From: a virus
Taxonomy: Duplodnaviria; Caudoviricetes
Reading direction: 5' to 3' (one strand)
Length of the DNA stretch: 44,843 nucleotides
IMG/VR virus record: IMGVR_UViG_3300025018_000030
Location: 1-44,843 of that record
Part shown: piece by piece, positions 34,801 to 43,803 of the stretch
How the letters are laid out: every line of letters starts with the position of its first letter
How positions within the stretch are numbered: the stretch's first letter is position 1
Translations under genes and position numbers: made by a program
Notes under the pieces: model-generated
What the model saw: the letters and a program-made list of their open reading frames with translations, nothing else
What the model was told of the DNA's origin: nothing
Database searches by the model: none

Positions 34801-37347
34801 AGAATCTGGAGAGGAGAGATACGTAAGTCTTTAGATTCTATGATTACTGATCCTGCAGGAGACTATGAGACTGCTTTAGATATGGCAAGAGAACTTGCTG
34901 CTACACTAAAAGATACTGTAAAAACAATTAAGAATCCTAACTTAGCTAAGTTCTGGCAGGATATGGTACAGTATAATGGGGATGAAATAGTCCAGCATAA
35001 GAATTCTTTAGCTGCTCGGATTGGAGGTAACTCTACTATTGACCCTAAGAATATGTATCCCGGCCCGGCAGATACCGCACTGTATCCACACCACGCTCTC
35101 GTAGTTATCAAAGAGCAGGGACTGTTTGGTATGCAGGACACAGGTATGGTAGTAGCTAAAGATGCACAGGACTTGCAGCGAAAGATTGCAGATTTACGTT
35201 CGCAATACACAGATAAACAACTAGGAATCTACACTAAGAAAAATATTCAGAAGTACAAGGAAGCAGAAGGAGAGTACAAGGGAGTTAAACTATTCAGAGA
35301 TACTAATGTTAATTCTCTCATGGTACGTAAAGGTATTATGTGGGATGTAGCTCCTCAACCTAATCCTAAGCTGTTCAACCAGTATAAGGAATCTCTAGTA
35401 CGTCAGCATAGAAGTCTTACTCGTACTATGACTGAAGCTAAGTACGGGGAAGAAGTGGCTGCGTTGGATGCTAGCTCTGACTGGATCAGTACTTATAACT
35501 CTGCCGTAGGTAAAGATACCAAACAGCGAAATGTATTTAGTGATATGAAAGCTATGATGCTTAATGTGCATCCAGACTCTACGGATAACTTGTGGGCACA
35601 GATTAATACAATTACAGACTCTGCAGTTAGTAAAGCATTATATACTGTACTTAGTGCTGGGCGAGGCGCTGTAAAAACTGGTGACTGGCAGAAGATGAAT
35701 GAAGTACTGGATTCTTACGGTATGGAAAAGATTTATACTCAAGCTAGTCAGTTACTTCTTACTAATGTGGATGCGCCTAAATCTGTACTTGGGCCATTAA
35801 TTAGTAAAATGAATTTTGTAGTTGGTACTTCAATGCTACGTATGGATTCTGCCCACGCACTCGTGAACTTAGTTAGCCTTCCTATTATGGCTCAGAGTGA
35901 GTTTGCGGCACTGCAAAGATTCGCATCTAAGGATCGCTGGCAAGTACTGCGAGACGGTACAAGTGTAAACATTCCGGGTACTAAAGAATCTATTGGCTCC
36001 ATGCTTCCTATGGCACACCAAGCTATCAAGGATTTCTTTACTAAGCCAGAGTTAGTTAGCTTGTACAGGAGTAAAGGATTACTTACTTCTACTCTTGAGG
36101 ATATGAAAGCAGCAGAAGCTCAGTTCTCTAAACTGGCTGCGGTTTCCAATACTAAAACTTTTACAGATCAGTTGAACAAGGTAGTTGATACTATTTCCAT
36201 ACCCTCTGACCAGAGTGAGCAACTAGCTAAATTTGTTAGTGCTCGTATTGCAGACTTAGTAACAGATACATTAAGAGTACCACAAGCTACTAAGTGGAGC
36301 ACTATTAATGCTTTCGTTAACCGGGTAAACGGTAATTACATTGCAAGTCAACGCCCTACTCTATTTCAAGGTTGGCTCGGGCAAGCGGTGGGACTATTCC
36401 AAACTTACCAGTTTAATCTACTCCAAAGTTTATTCAGCAATGTAGCTCATGGGGATAAGAGGGCAGTAGCTACTATGCTTGGTTTACAAGCTGGGATATT
36501 CGGAGCACAATCTGTTCCGGGATTCCAACTAATGAATCAGTACATAGGTGAGCGGAGTTTAGAAAACAATGACTTCTACAAAGTCTCGAATTCCGTGCTC
36601 GGAGATACCGCTGCTAATTGGCTGATGTATGGTACAGCGTCTAGTGCAGCCGTTCCAGTATTCGGCAATGGAATTGATTTGTATTCTCGCGGAGACCTAA
36701 CTCCTAGAACTCCAATACTTCTACCAACTTCTCCGAGTGAAGTACCCGCGATTGCTGTAACTGGTAGATTTATTGGTAGTGTATTGACTGCAGTAGATAG
36801 ATTAAGTCAAGGTAATGCCACTGACCCTGCTATGCTTAAAGCTACTATGCTAGATGCATTAGCTCACAGCGGATTCAATCGTCCACTAATGGGGCTAGCT
36901 CAGTTAATGCAGGGAGAAAGGACTACGGCAAGTGGCCAGACACTTGCACAGCTTGATAGTTGGGATGCGTGGAATGTAGCCACGCGGTTAATGGGTTCTA
37001 GACCTCTTGACGAAGCAATTGCGGTTAATGCCTTCTATCGGACAAATGCCTATAAGGTCGCTAGACAGGCTAGTTTGGATAGCTTAGGCGACGCCTACCG
37101 CACTCAAATTCGTGGGGGAGTAGACGACCCTCAATCGTACCTAGATACTATGAGCGCGTATGCTACTCGTGGAGGGGATATTGAAAGCTTTACTCGGTGG
37201 GCTGGTAATAACTACAGGAATGCTACTCAAGGTCAGATTGATAGACTCAGGAACTCAAACACTAGTCCACAGGGAAGATACTTACAGGAAATTATGGGAG
37301 CAGAAGTAGAGGAACAGCTAGGGGATTATAGTGGTATTGGATTCTAA
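31843..37347 (+). CDS. Large internal virion/ejection protein containing a zincin-like motif
   Basis: 1834 aa, last late gene; Gly/Ala hydrophobic segments; HEAGH...ELLAD. Confidence 0.75.
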   Translation: MANTLVNPNFEYSSSYFQDQDKSFSEGVGDFLTHGISAAALSAGLGIYNTGVALVNVLGGEAESADVGDTLRGMGATDTANYYKENQTGIDAVGFIAGSFIPGLGGIRALRAGQKAIAASTSTARLSTGFRRALVPDTRLTAVREEIATKGMDAYAAVQQNKLRTIAAGFHQQALEAAAFEGAVLLTMNQSSSLNGEDLDYFDAIQANLGLAATGLFFGTALGGIFEAVGNVGKLKGEFSNYAKSQGIGTIKVMQEGTNNKISAGHRATSVAQSYVQAKNIRTSPEFGALPKGEQADWNTKANNSELQLKLALKDVAGGDTRIADNLLKLIDEGKADPIELLSGVEQYKPMYLTDILFDVPTPQVEAMFDYEAAAWRMHLAESAGRPITQAAADAEVQTVYGAATSTRHFNMDEAGGVRAFARIRELLDANDPVAWNNMMTLRHEAGHLVLNHSAAQLSAKSPIMKKVLTSAQTLSRKSRPEDWARIDEYNKILESRGGLSKNQQRHWDYMNDPKELLADAYSQISNPNLFDAASASKEHPELFRFMVGNKALAGLFRKGKQAIDLQTGKLFPNGVTPTAADISPEIKLVKDNIHYGRGEVTKLGEKFDATKIDYLKASAKYAVAGLRKDIKADTVVDFYNLPDLTTAKALGLNVNVVRDGVQVRSQYQSLDDLIIHSKLEQAETLRRSSYAALEAKNKAAGITAKGKHVIDESTKGFSFVSIEESAGEVIEGARILTTGQIARILDVGEEFVLKSSAVKRLYDPKKGMSGLPAGALDDQKDLPFFSLQEGVDPRVPRHAIVRADRDAVVDGTRVWGIEATRQRINVMRESVNTAVAGYFKEDFETLPAEAFKSQVNAADNISPTDRTSGIVTSANQEVGTGGAFFQYIGNIVSKVMNRKAAEVSSAFDPLIIKLAADEGAVMEASVLDSVLRQAPSGMEYQFVPQTMKEWLDNIATYGDINEDVLEALEKSGVINSLFGPVDGSARIWRGEIRKSLDSMITDPAGDYETALDMARELAATLKDTVKTIKNPNLAKFWQDMVQYNGDEIVQHKNSLAARIGGNSTIDPKNMYPGPADTALYPHHALVVIKEQGLFGMQDTGMVVAKDAQDLQRKIADLRSQYTDKQLGIYTKKNIQKYKEAEGEYKGVKLFRDTNVNSLMVRKGIMWDVAPQPNPKLFNQYKESLVRQHRSLTRTMTEAKYGEEVAALDASSDWISTYNSAVGKDTKQRNVFSDMKAMMLNVHPDSTDNLWAQINTITDSAVSKALYTVLSAGRGAVKTGDWQKMNEVLDSYGMEKIYTQASQLLLTNVDAPKSVLGPLISKMNFVVGTSMLRMDSAHALVNLVSLPIMAQSEFAALQRFASKDRWQVLRDGTSVNIPGTKESIGSMLPMAHQAIKDFFTKPELVSLYRSKGLLTSTLEDMKAAEAQFSKLAAVSNTKTFTDQLNKVVDTISIPSDQSEQLAKFVSARIADLVTDTLRVPQATKWSTINAFVNRVNGNYIASQRPTLFQGWLGQAVGLFQTYQFNLLQSLFSNVAHGDKRAVATMLGLQAGIFGAQSVPGFQLMNQYIGERSLENNDFYKVSNSVLGDTAANWLMYGTASSAAVPVFGNGIDLYSRGDLTPRTPILLPTSPSEVPAIAVTGRFIGSVLTAVDRLSQGNATDPAMLKATMLDALAHSGFNRPLMGLAQLMQGERTTASGQTLAQLDSWDAWNVATRLMGSRPLDEAIAVNAFYRTNAYKVARQASLDSLGDAYRTQIRGGVDDPQSYLDTMSAYATRGGDIESFTRWAGNNYRNATQGQIDRLRNSNTSPQGRYLQEIMGAEVEEQLGDYSGIGF

Positions 37348-37416
37348 TGCTTTAAGGTTTTAACGTAGTGTGGAAGTGGGAAGTAACTTAGTGGAGTACA
37401 GTCTGGTACATACACA

Positions 37417-37455
37417 AAACCCTCAAGGATGTTAAGTCCAAGAGGGTTTCTTTTT
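37417..37455. terminator. Terminator between the convergent arms, probably bidirectional
   Basis: AAACCCTC-AA-GGA..TCC-AA-GAGGGTTT followed by CTTTTT, with an A-run on the other side. Confidence 0.75.
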
Positions 37456-37474
37456 GTCTGGAGTTTCAAGAATC

Positions 37475-37762
37475 CTACCTTACATTAACACAACTGAGTT
37501 GCCCATTCCAAGTGTAGCAGCTCACTACTGGATTCATAGTATGCTCTACAATTGGAGTAGGCTCAGCTTGAGTAACTACTTGTCCTTTAGCTTGGGCTAG
37601 TTCTCCTATTGCTAAAGCTGTAACACAAGCCAAGACAAATAGGAAAGTTAGCAATAGTCCTAATTCACTAGCTTCAAAGTAACTCCTCCCTGAGAAGCTC
37701 CTTTTCCACCAGTCTTGTATATCCAATAATATCCGTCCACGAATCCACATAGGTAGGATCAC
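37475..37762 (-). CDS. Small membrane or secreted protein; start uncertain, possibly frameshifted
   Basis: Hydrophobic LGLLLTFLFVLACVTALAIGELAQA; C-terminal C..WNGQLSC. Confidence 0.5.
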   Translation of the reverse strand: MILPMWIRGRILLDIQDWWKRSFSGRSYFEASELGLLLTFLFVLACVTALAIGELAQAKGQVVTQAEPTPIVEHTMNPVVSCYTWNGQLSCVNVR

Positions 37763-38135
37763 CGTTTAGGATGCGGCCAATCTTGTGTGCAATCATCTCC
37801 AGACACTCCTGCTGACTGGAAGTCAATTGGCTCCAGTTAGTATGGGCACATCCCAAATTCGCACCTCCGCGCATCACACACTTCAAGTCTTGAGTTATCC
37901 GCGCGTGGGTAATAAAGGAGCCATACTTACTACCACGATCTCGGAGTGTGTCTTCGATGGTAGACGCTGGCGGTGTTACTCTGATTGGATGTCGTACGGC
38001 TGCGTCTGCTAGGAATTGATTTACTCCTGCTATAGATTGCCCTCTCCGACTACCAGTAGCTTTCGTCGCCTTCGCCTTACTCACACTACCTTTACGTACT
38101 GTACTTGCCTTCTTTACTGCTCTTGATGTTGCCAT
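37674..38135 (-). CDS. DUF6378-like protein with a Lys/Ala/Ser-rich N-terminal tail
   Basis: TL.DRGSKYGSF...LEMIAHKIGRILNGDP...DSWTDIIGY. Confidence 0.75.
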   Translation of the reverse strand: MATSRAVKKASTVRKGSVSKAKATKATGSRRGQSIAGVNQFLADAAVRHPIRVTPPASTIEDTLRDRGSKYGSFITHARITQDLKCVMRGGANLGCAHTNWSQLTSSQQECLEMIAHKIGRILNGDPTYVDSWTDIIGYTRLVEKELLREELL

Positions 38136-38155
38136 GATTCTATCTCCTAGTTGTA

Positions 38156-38566
38156 TTATTGGCTATCTGTTACTGGGTACTGCACCACTGCTTCTTCGAT
38201 CTTGTCCGCTCTTGCTGTAGCAGCTTCGTCAGAATATCCATCCGGGTATCGCTTTGTCATGAGTTTGTGGTAGTTCTCTGCCAGTACTTCCTCTCTACTA
38301 ATGTGCAGCATTTGACGTATACGTTCCATGTAGAACTCTAAGTCGCCTAATTCTTCCCGGACATTCTTTTCATCCAGTGGCTTGTTGTAGAAGATGTGGC
38401 GCTTGAAAGCATCCAGTAGTTCTCCTGCTTCTGTGGATACTCCTACTGCCATGTGTAGCAGTTCTGCTTTATCAAAGTCCATAGTGGGAAGGATCGCTAC
38501 TCCCGGCTTGCTGAGTGTAGCTACCATGTTTGCGTAGTAGTCTGGATTCTCTCTGCTGTTTTTCAT
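38156..38566 (-). CDS. mazG: MazG-like nucleotide pyrophosphohydrolase
   Basis: EAGELLDAFKR...EELGDLEFY...N..KL..RYP. Confidence 0.88.
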   Translation of the reverse strand: MKNSRENPDYYANMVATLSKPGVAILPTMDFDKAELLHMAVGVSTEAGELLDAFKRHIFYNKPLDEKNVREELGDLEFYMERIRQMLHISREEVLAENYHKLMTKRYPDGYSDEAATARADKIEEAVVQYPVTDSQ

Positions 38567-38617
38567 GCTTGTATCTCCTGATAGGGGGTTGGTTAATATT
38601 GCAATTGTACTACTCTC

Positions 38618-38959
38618 TTACTCTGGTGCAGGCTCTGGAGCCGGTGCTTCTCCAGCAGGGAATGTATTAGTAATTTCTAATACTAGACAATCTGTAACAG
38701 ACGGTTCATCCGATACAGGAACAAGCTGTACTACAGTATACTGGTAAGTAGGGAACTGAAGCCTACCTTCCTCTGCGAAAGTTTCTGCTTCTGCTTGGTT
38801 ACTAGTAATGTACGGTACAGTTCTGTATTCTTCTGTACCATCTTTTCCCTTATCCACTACTTGTACAATTTTTGGAGTATCTACTGCACGAGATACAAGT
38901 ACTGTGTACCACTTCTTATCTGCAAATGTAGTAGGGTCATTCATATTTTGCGCTTTCAT
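38618..38959 (-). CDS. Hypothetical acidic protein
   Basis: 113-aa ORF, AGGAG RBS. Confidence 0.7.
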   Translation of the reverse strand: MKAQNMNDPTTFADKKWYTVLVSRAVDTPKIVQVVDKGKDGTEEYRTVPYITSNQAEAETFAEEGRLQFPTYQYTVVQLVPVSDEPSVTDCLVLEITNTFPAGEAPAPEPAPE

Positions 38960-39009
38960 ATTACTATCTCCTAAGGTTATTGGAACTTTGTTTACTATGC
39001 TGCTGGTTT

Positions 39010-39564
39010 TTATGGCTCCTGTGATGCTGGTTTTTCACGTACTAACAAACAGTTCCGGCATATGTCAGCGCCTGATACCACATCATTTGTGGCGTCAACC
39101 CAATCGTGAGAGCATCCATTTAGTTCCTGTGATGCGGTGATCATGGCCTTGTAAATACTCGCGCAATCGCGTTCAGAAATTTCTTCGTTTGAGTACCAAG
39201 GGTCTTGCTGTACACAAGTATGATGCACACAACCTGCCTCGGTCATTTTTTCAGTAGGCTCCACAGGCACCAGCATCTTGCCACCATTAACTTTCGGGTC
39301 TACAGCTATGGCGCAATTCCAATCAATCAATGCGCGCAATGCCTCGCCCGGTGACTTGTAGCTGCTGACAGTAGCCTGCATGACGCTCAGTTCGTGCTCC
39401 AACGCAGCAATGCAGCTTGCGTCTTTGCCTACATCTACCAGTACTTTGCCTGCGAATAGGGCGCGCAGGTCTTCTGAATCAATCAGTAGTGACGTAAATC
39501 CGGGTCCGGGCGCGCTGTAACTTGCGTGCTCTTCAATCCACTTCTCTAGCTGCTCAGTGTTCAT
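39010..39564 (-). CDS. Modular (Eaa/Ead-style mosaic) hypothetical protein
   Basis: GKMLVPVEPTEKMTEAG...IYKAMITA module; higher GC than its flanks. Confidence 0.7.
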   Translation of the reverse strand: MNTEQLEKWIEEHASYSAPGPGFTSLLIDSEDLRALFAGKVLVDVGKDASCIAALEHELSVMQATVSSYKSPGEALRALIDWNCAIAVDPKVNGGKMLVPVEPTEKMTEAGCVHHTCVQQDPWYSNEEISERDCASIYKAMITASQELNGCSHDWVDATNDVVSGADICRNCLLVREKPASQEP

Positions 39565-39600
39565 GTGGTTGTACTCCTATTAAATTATGTTAAATTCTAA

Positions 39601-40917
39601 CTAAAAGCTATCTAGTTTAACTTCCCAAAGTAAATTAAAATTAACGTATTGATTCCCTACTCCTAACTTAACTTCTACTGGTAAGAGTACTACATCCCCG
39701 TCCTTAGTACCTTTTTTAATCTTCCCACTCTCAGCCAGTTTCATACATAAGTTACTTAGATCATAAGTAGTATCTACATCTTGAGATACTTTTGCAAACA
39801 ACTCTCGTATGGTAATCCCGCCTACTCCTGCTGAATTTCTAATTTCATCCAATACCACATTCGCTACTTCAGAATTCCTGCTTTTACCAAACTCTCCTAA
39901 TGCAGTAGGCATAGCTTTCTCAGTGTAAGTTAAAATCGTATTTGCAAAGATCACATCATCAAGAGTTATAGTAGTTCTCAGATCACAAGCTGCTACAATG
40001 ATACAAAGCTTAAGTAAGTGAGTGAATCTTCTACTAGAGTATGAAGCGAATCGAGCATCTGGTAATTCTGCAAAGTTATTATAAATAAAATCCAGCGCAT
40101 CATAGGCTACTTTCTCTAATCCAATTTCCCCATATAAGGTAGCACGTATGGTGCGGAGTAAATCAATCACCATAACTTTTAAGTCAGGAGGTAAAGGAGG
40201 AGGAATCGTAAGTCGGAGTCTCTGCCCCTTGCCGTGGATCAGTAACATTCTACTTAACATCCCTTGCCCAATTATATTAGTGCTGAAGATACTTGCAAAG
40301 GTTGTAGTAGTGGCGCCGCCTAGCATATTTACTGTAGGGTTAGGAATATAAAGAGACTTGGAATTCTTAAAGCGATCTGTATAGTAAGGTAAGTTATCCC
40401 AAAGATTCGTAAGTGTGCTTATGAAATTAGAATTACCGGAGCCTAGAAAATCCTCCAACTCTCCAGCTTTAATAAACACTTCACTTACTTTAGTAGTATC
40501 TCGTCCTGCTGGAGTTAATACTTCATCTACCATATCTATACCAGAGTTAGTATTCTTATCATCAGGTTCTGCGCCACGATTAATCTTATCGAATCCGAAT
40601 TCCCAATCTGCCATAAATTTTTCTTTAGAGCTACGATCTCCACTAAAGTATTGGTATCCCGACTCTCGGAGTAATTCACTTATAGTACCAATAGCTACTC
40701 CCTTTCTGGCCCCCGGTGGGCCAATAAGTGTAGTATAAAAATTAGGGTATATTTTCCACTCTCCGAATGGCAACCATACTTGCCTACCTAAGCAGGCTGC
40801 AACTGCACTAATGAAACTCCAGCGATGGAATATTAATGGAGGCTCAGTTAATTCTACCAGTTCCAAGTATAGGTCTAATCCGTTAGTAGCTTTTATTTTT
40901 CTATCAAGCTTCGACAT
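39601..40917 (-). CDS. DUF3987 (YfjI-like) AAA+ ATPase with MCM-like motifs, probable replicative helicase
   Basis: EPPLIFHRW..IYPNFY..LIGPPGARKG (Walker A), FIKAGE (Walker B variant), NMLGATT, GMLSRM (Arg finger), C-terminal winged-helix-like segment. Confidence 0.75.
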   Translation of the reverse strand: MSKLDRKIKATNGLDLYLELVELTEPPLIFHRWSFISAVAACLGRQVWLPFGEWKIYPNFYTTLIGPPGARKGVAIGTISELLRESGYQYFSGDRSSKEKFMADWEFGFDKINRGAEPDDKNTNSGIDMVDEVLTPAGRDTTKVSEVFIKAGELEDFLGSGNSNFISTLTNLWDNLPYYTDRFKNSKSLYIPNPTVNMLGGATTTTFASIFSTNIIGQGMLSRMLLIHGKGQRLRLTIPPPLPPDLKVMVIDLLRTIRATLYGEIGLEKVAYDALDFIYNNFAELPDARFASYSSRRFTHLLKLCIIVAACDLRTTITLDDVIFANTILTYTEKAMPTALGEFGKSRNSEVANVVLDEIRNSAGVGGITIRELFAKVSQDVDTTYDLSNLCMKLAESGKIKKGTKDGDVVLLPVEVKLGVGNQYVNFNLLWEVKLDSF

Positions 40918-40950
40918 AGATGCTCCATCTACTAATTGCTACTGCGCTTC

Positions 40951-43233
40951 TCACTTGAGTTCCTTCCAATTTTGCTTACCTGTAACTGGGTCGTTAGGAA
41001 TAATCATAGTCCTACCGCGTACTACATAAGGCTTGCTCATTAGTTTAGATATTACTTCTGCGCTTTCAGTACAGTACTCAGGCTTACATTGCCATATAAT
41101 ATCATCATGCACTTGAGCTTTAAGTCGTATTTTGTTCTCTCTAATCTGGTATCTCCAAGCTGCAAAGAACGCCTCATTAATAATCTTTACACTAAAACTC
41201 TGTGGGCCATGTGCTACATAAGAGTTCAATTCAGGCTTAGAGTTTGCAGGATTTCCAAAGCAGAATCTAGTCCAACCTGTTGGGCCTACTAGTTTACCTG
41301 TAGTCTGAATCTCATAGATTATTTCATTGTAGAATTTACCACGTACTTTTGGATATGTCTTATCAAAGCATTGGAGTAAGTACCTAGCTACGTCAAGTAG
41401 ACTCATAGTAGTTGGAAGCTTAAGTAGCCTCTGCGCACGAATTACATTACGCCTACCCATAGTACGCAGTAACATAGCCTCCTGCATATTGTAGTTAGCT
41501 CCGTGATTGACGCGCTTACCTAAGTTACGAATAGTATTATCTATCTTATCATATACCATACCGAAGAACTTAGAAGCGTTTACTCTGTGAAAATCTAAGG
41601 GACTCTCAACAGCTTCAATTAAGTTTTCGTCTTCACTCATGTATGCAGTGGTACGAGACTCCGATTGCTTGGCGTCAGTATTGCAAACCACATACCCTTT
41701 ATCTGCAATGTACTGACTCTTGGCATATAGTGGCTGGTTCTGTATATTACCTCCGCACCATAAATTACTAGCACTGCTATTCATACGACCAGTATCAGTG
41801 GCTGCGGGGTTTAACTCATACAGGAATCTACCTGCGAGTAGCTGGGACTCAAAGTAATTACTCACCGCCTTACGATTCTTACGCACACTATCTATAAGTT
41901 CGCCTATTATATCATATAAGGGATGAGCCTCCCGGAACTCTGCCATTGCTGCCTTATCTGAACTCTTAGCTTTCTTATATCCCAAACCTTTAAGTGCAAT
42001 TAGAACTTGCTTAGGGGAGGCAGGATTAAAACCGGGAGTAATAATCTTATTAAGGCGTTTAATTGCCTCAGCGACTAGGAGTACTCGCTCTTGCCGTAGT
42101 CTTTCCCGCTCATCCAAATCTACTAGGAATCCTTCAGCACCGCATTGTATACAAGGGTACTGCATTCGGAAATTCTCAAAGTAGTTTTCAGCGGCCCACT
42201 GCGGCCACTGGTCTATTATGTGTACCATACTCCACAAAGTGTTATGGCAATCCTTAGCATTGTACTGTGCCATCCCATGCTCACCTTCATCCTTCCAGTG
42301 TATATAATCGCGATCAAGCAAGGAAGTAATGAATGCAAGGTTACGTGGGAGTTCTGCATACCAAGAGTGCATTGCCACGAAAGTATCATATACGTAATTA
42401 AATACAGGAGCATTGTACCTTAAGAAATAAGTAGAATCATACCCGCCATTCTGCATAACCTTCTCGGCAGGGAGAGAGTTAAACTTCCGCATGTACTCTA
42501 TATCTACCATAGAGTTAATTGGAAGTACTCCAGTTTTAGAGTATAAAGTACCGTTGGGATTTTGCAACAGCAAAGAATACCCTACCATTGAGATAACTGG
42601 AGCTACTGGTATATACTTCTTCTTACCCTTACTCATACCTCTGTGTACATAAACCCAAATACCTTTGAATTCTGGCTTCGTACTTGTACAGATTGCAGGG
42701 TCTACCGGTACTCTCTTAGTCTCAATATCTATAGAGATAAGTAAAGCAGACTTAGCTTCATCATAAAATCTATCTATGTTTTCACTAGTTAATCGCTCCC
42801 AATCTAAGGCTGGGAATACTGGGAAATTAGGGTTATTAAGTTTCTGAATCCAACGGGATACTAGGAATGGTAACTCTCTAGAGTATAAAAGTAATCGAGG
42901 GGAGGGAAGAATTAATACTCGAATTTGTGGATGGTCTTCTGTAGCAGGGATATAGAATACAGAACCTGCATACTTGGTAACAGTTCCTGTTGCGTTCGTA
43001 TCGTGAGCGCGGAGTAGTAGAGATAGTAATGACTGGGAACTGCATACTACTTGAGTAACACTTAACCGCTTGCAGGTATTTTGTACTGACCATAGCATCT
43101 TAACTAGGGAGTATTCAACATCAAAGAGATAGCCGGGAAAGAATCTACGAAAATTGTGTACATACTTAGTATCGTGACGATCCACGTATACAACCACACC
43201 TTTACTCTGAGATACTTGCAGATTATTTTCCAT
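40951..43233 (-). CDS. polA: Family A DNA polymerase with 3'-5' exonuclease and an extra N-terminal domain
   Basis: ExoI DIET, ExoII NGGYD, ExoIII YNAKD; TDTGRMNSS; motif A DAKQSESR; motif B R..GKRVNHGANY; motif C VHDD. Confidence 0.93.
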   Translation of the reverse strand: MENNLQVSQSKGVVVYVDRHDTKYVHNFRRFFPGYLFDVEYSLVKMLWSVQNTCKRLSVTQVVCSSQSLLSLLLRAHDTNATGTVTKYAGSVFYIPATEDHPQIRVLILPSPRLLLYSRELPFLVSRWIQKLNNPNFPVFPALDWERLTSENIDRFYDEAKSALLISIDIETKRVPVDPAICTSTKPEFKGIWVYVHRGMSKGKKKYIPVAPVISMVGYSLLLQNPNGTLYSKTGVLPINSMVDIEYMRKFNSLPAEKVMQNGGYDSTYFLRYNAPVFNYVYDTFVAMHSWYAELPRNLAFITSLLDRDYIHWKDEGEHGMAQYNAKDCHNTLWSMVHIIDQWPQWAAENYFENFRMQYPCIQCGAEGFLVDLDERERLRQERVLLVAEAIKRLNKIITPGFNPASPKQVLIALKGLGYKKAKSSDKAAMAEFREAHPLYDIIGELIDSVRKNRKAVSNYFESQLLAGRFLYELNPAATDTGRMNSSASNLWCGGNIQNQPLYAKSQYIADKGYVVCNTDAKQSESRTTAYMSEDENLIEAVESPLDFHRVNASKFFGMVYDKIDNTIRNLGKRVNHGANYNMQEAMLLRTMGRRNVIRAQRLLKLPTTMSLLDVARYLLQCFDKTYPKVRGKFYNEIIYEIQTTGKLVGPTGWTRFCFGNPANSKPELNSYVAHGPQSFSVKIINEAFFAAWRYQIRENKIRLKAQVHDDIIWQCKPEYCTESAEVISKLMSKPYVVRGRTMIIPNDPVTGKQNWKELK

Positions 43234-43254
43234 CTAACTCTCGCTTTTAGTATT

Positions 43255-43285
43255 ATATAAAATAAGCAGGAGGCCGAAGCCTCCC
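43255..43285 (-). terminator. Terminator with a UUCG tetraloop after the putative ssb gene
   Basis: Minus strand GGAGGC-TTCG-GCCTCC followed by TGCTTATTTTAT. Confidence 0.75.
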
Positions 43286-43332
43286 ACCTAAATAACTACA
43301 TTGTACTAACTACAATTACTAGTACTGTACAA

Positions 43333-43800
43333 CTATACTAAGGTAATTTCTTGTAGCTGTGGATACTTCTTATTAGGATCAGTAGCATCAGGACGGTGAG
43401 TAAGCACTGCCTGAATCTTGCAGCCGGTGATCTTAGGGCCAAACTCTGAGAGTAGCATCTCGCCGAAAGTCTTTGATACCTCAAGGAAGTCACGCTTCAT
43501 ATATGCTACACCTTGACCGCCGATGTAGTTAATATCAAACTCGGCTCCAGCATCTACTGGCTTTGCAGTATCGTCTACAAGAGCTAGTGTAGAATCAACT
43601 GAGAGTGCAAAACCAAAAGCCTCTCTTGCTTTGTCTCCATTGCCGATAGTTACCAGTCCGGCAGAGTTAACCAAGAAGATATATGCACCTTCAGGCGGAA
43701 GTACAAAACTAGCTGCTTCTTCTATCTGAGACAGAGGAGTATTCAGTAGTTCAGAGATTGACATATTCTTGAGAATATCACGGCTAATTACGTTGCTCAT
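43333..43800 (-). CDS. Probable single-stranded DNA-binding protein (DUF669-like OB fold)
   Basis: F.LPPEGAY.F.V pattern; directly downstream of the Sak4-like ATPase, a known pairing. Confidence 0.6.
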   Translation of the reverse strand: MSNVISRDILKNMSISELLNTPLSQIEEAASFVLPPEGAYIFLVNSAGLVTIGNGDKAREAFGFALSVDSTLALVDDTAKPVDAGAEFDINYIGGQGVAYMKRDFLEVSKTFGEMLLSEFGPKITGCKIQAVLTHRPDATDPNKKYPQLQEITLV

Positions 43801-43803
43801 AAT

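Noticed and set aside
31843-37347. Giant protein as a virion RNA polymerase
   Set aside because: I found no DxDGD or T7-type polymerase motifs, and sigma70-like early promoters are present. A highly diverged enzyme cannot be fully excluded without a structure search.
37674-43233. 2-aminoadenine (Z) or other modified-base genome pathway
   Set aside because: MazG and PolA are present, but no PurZ, HD-domain dATPase, thymidylate synthase-like, glycosyltransferase or queuosine-pathway genes are recognisable.
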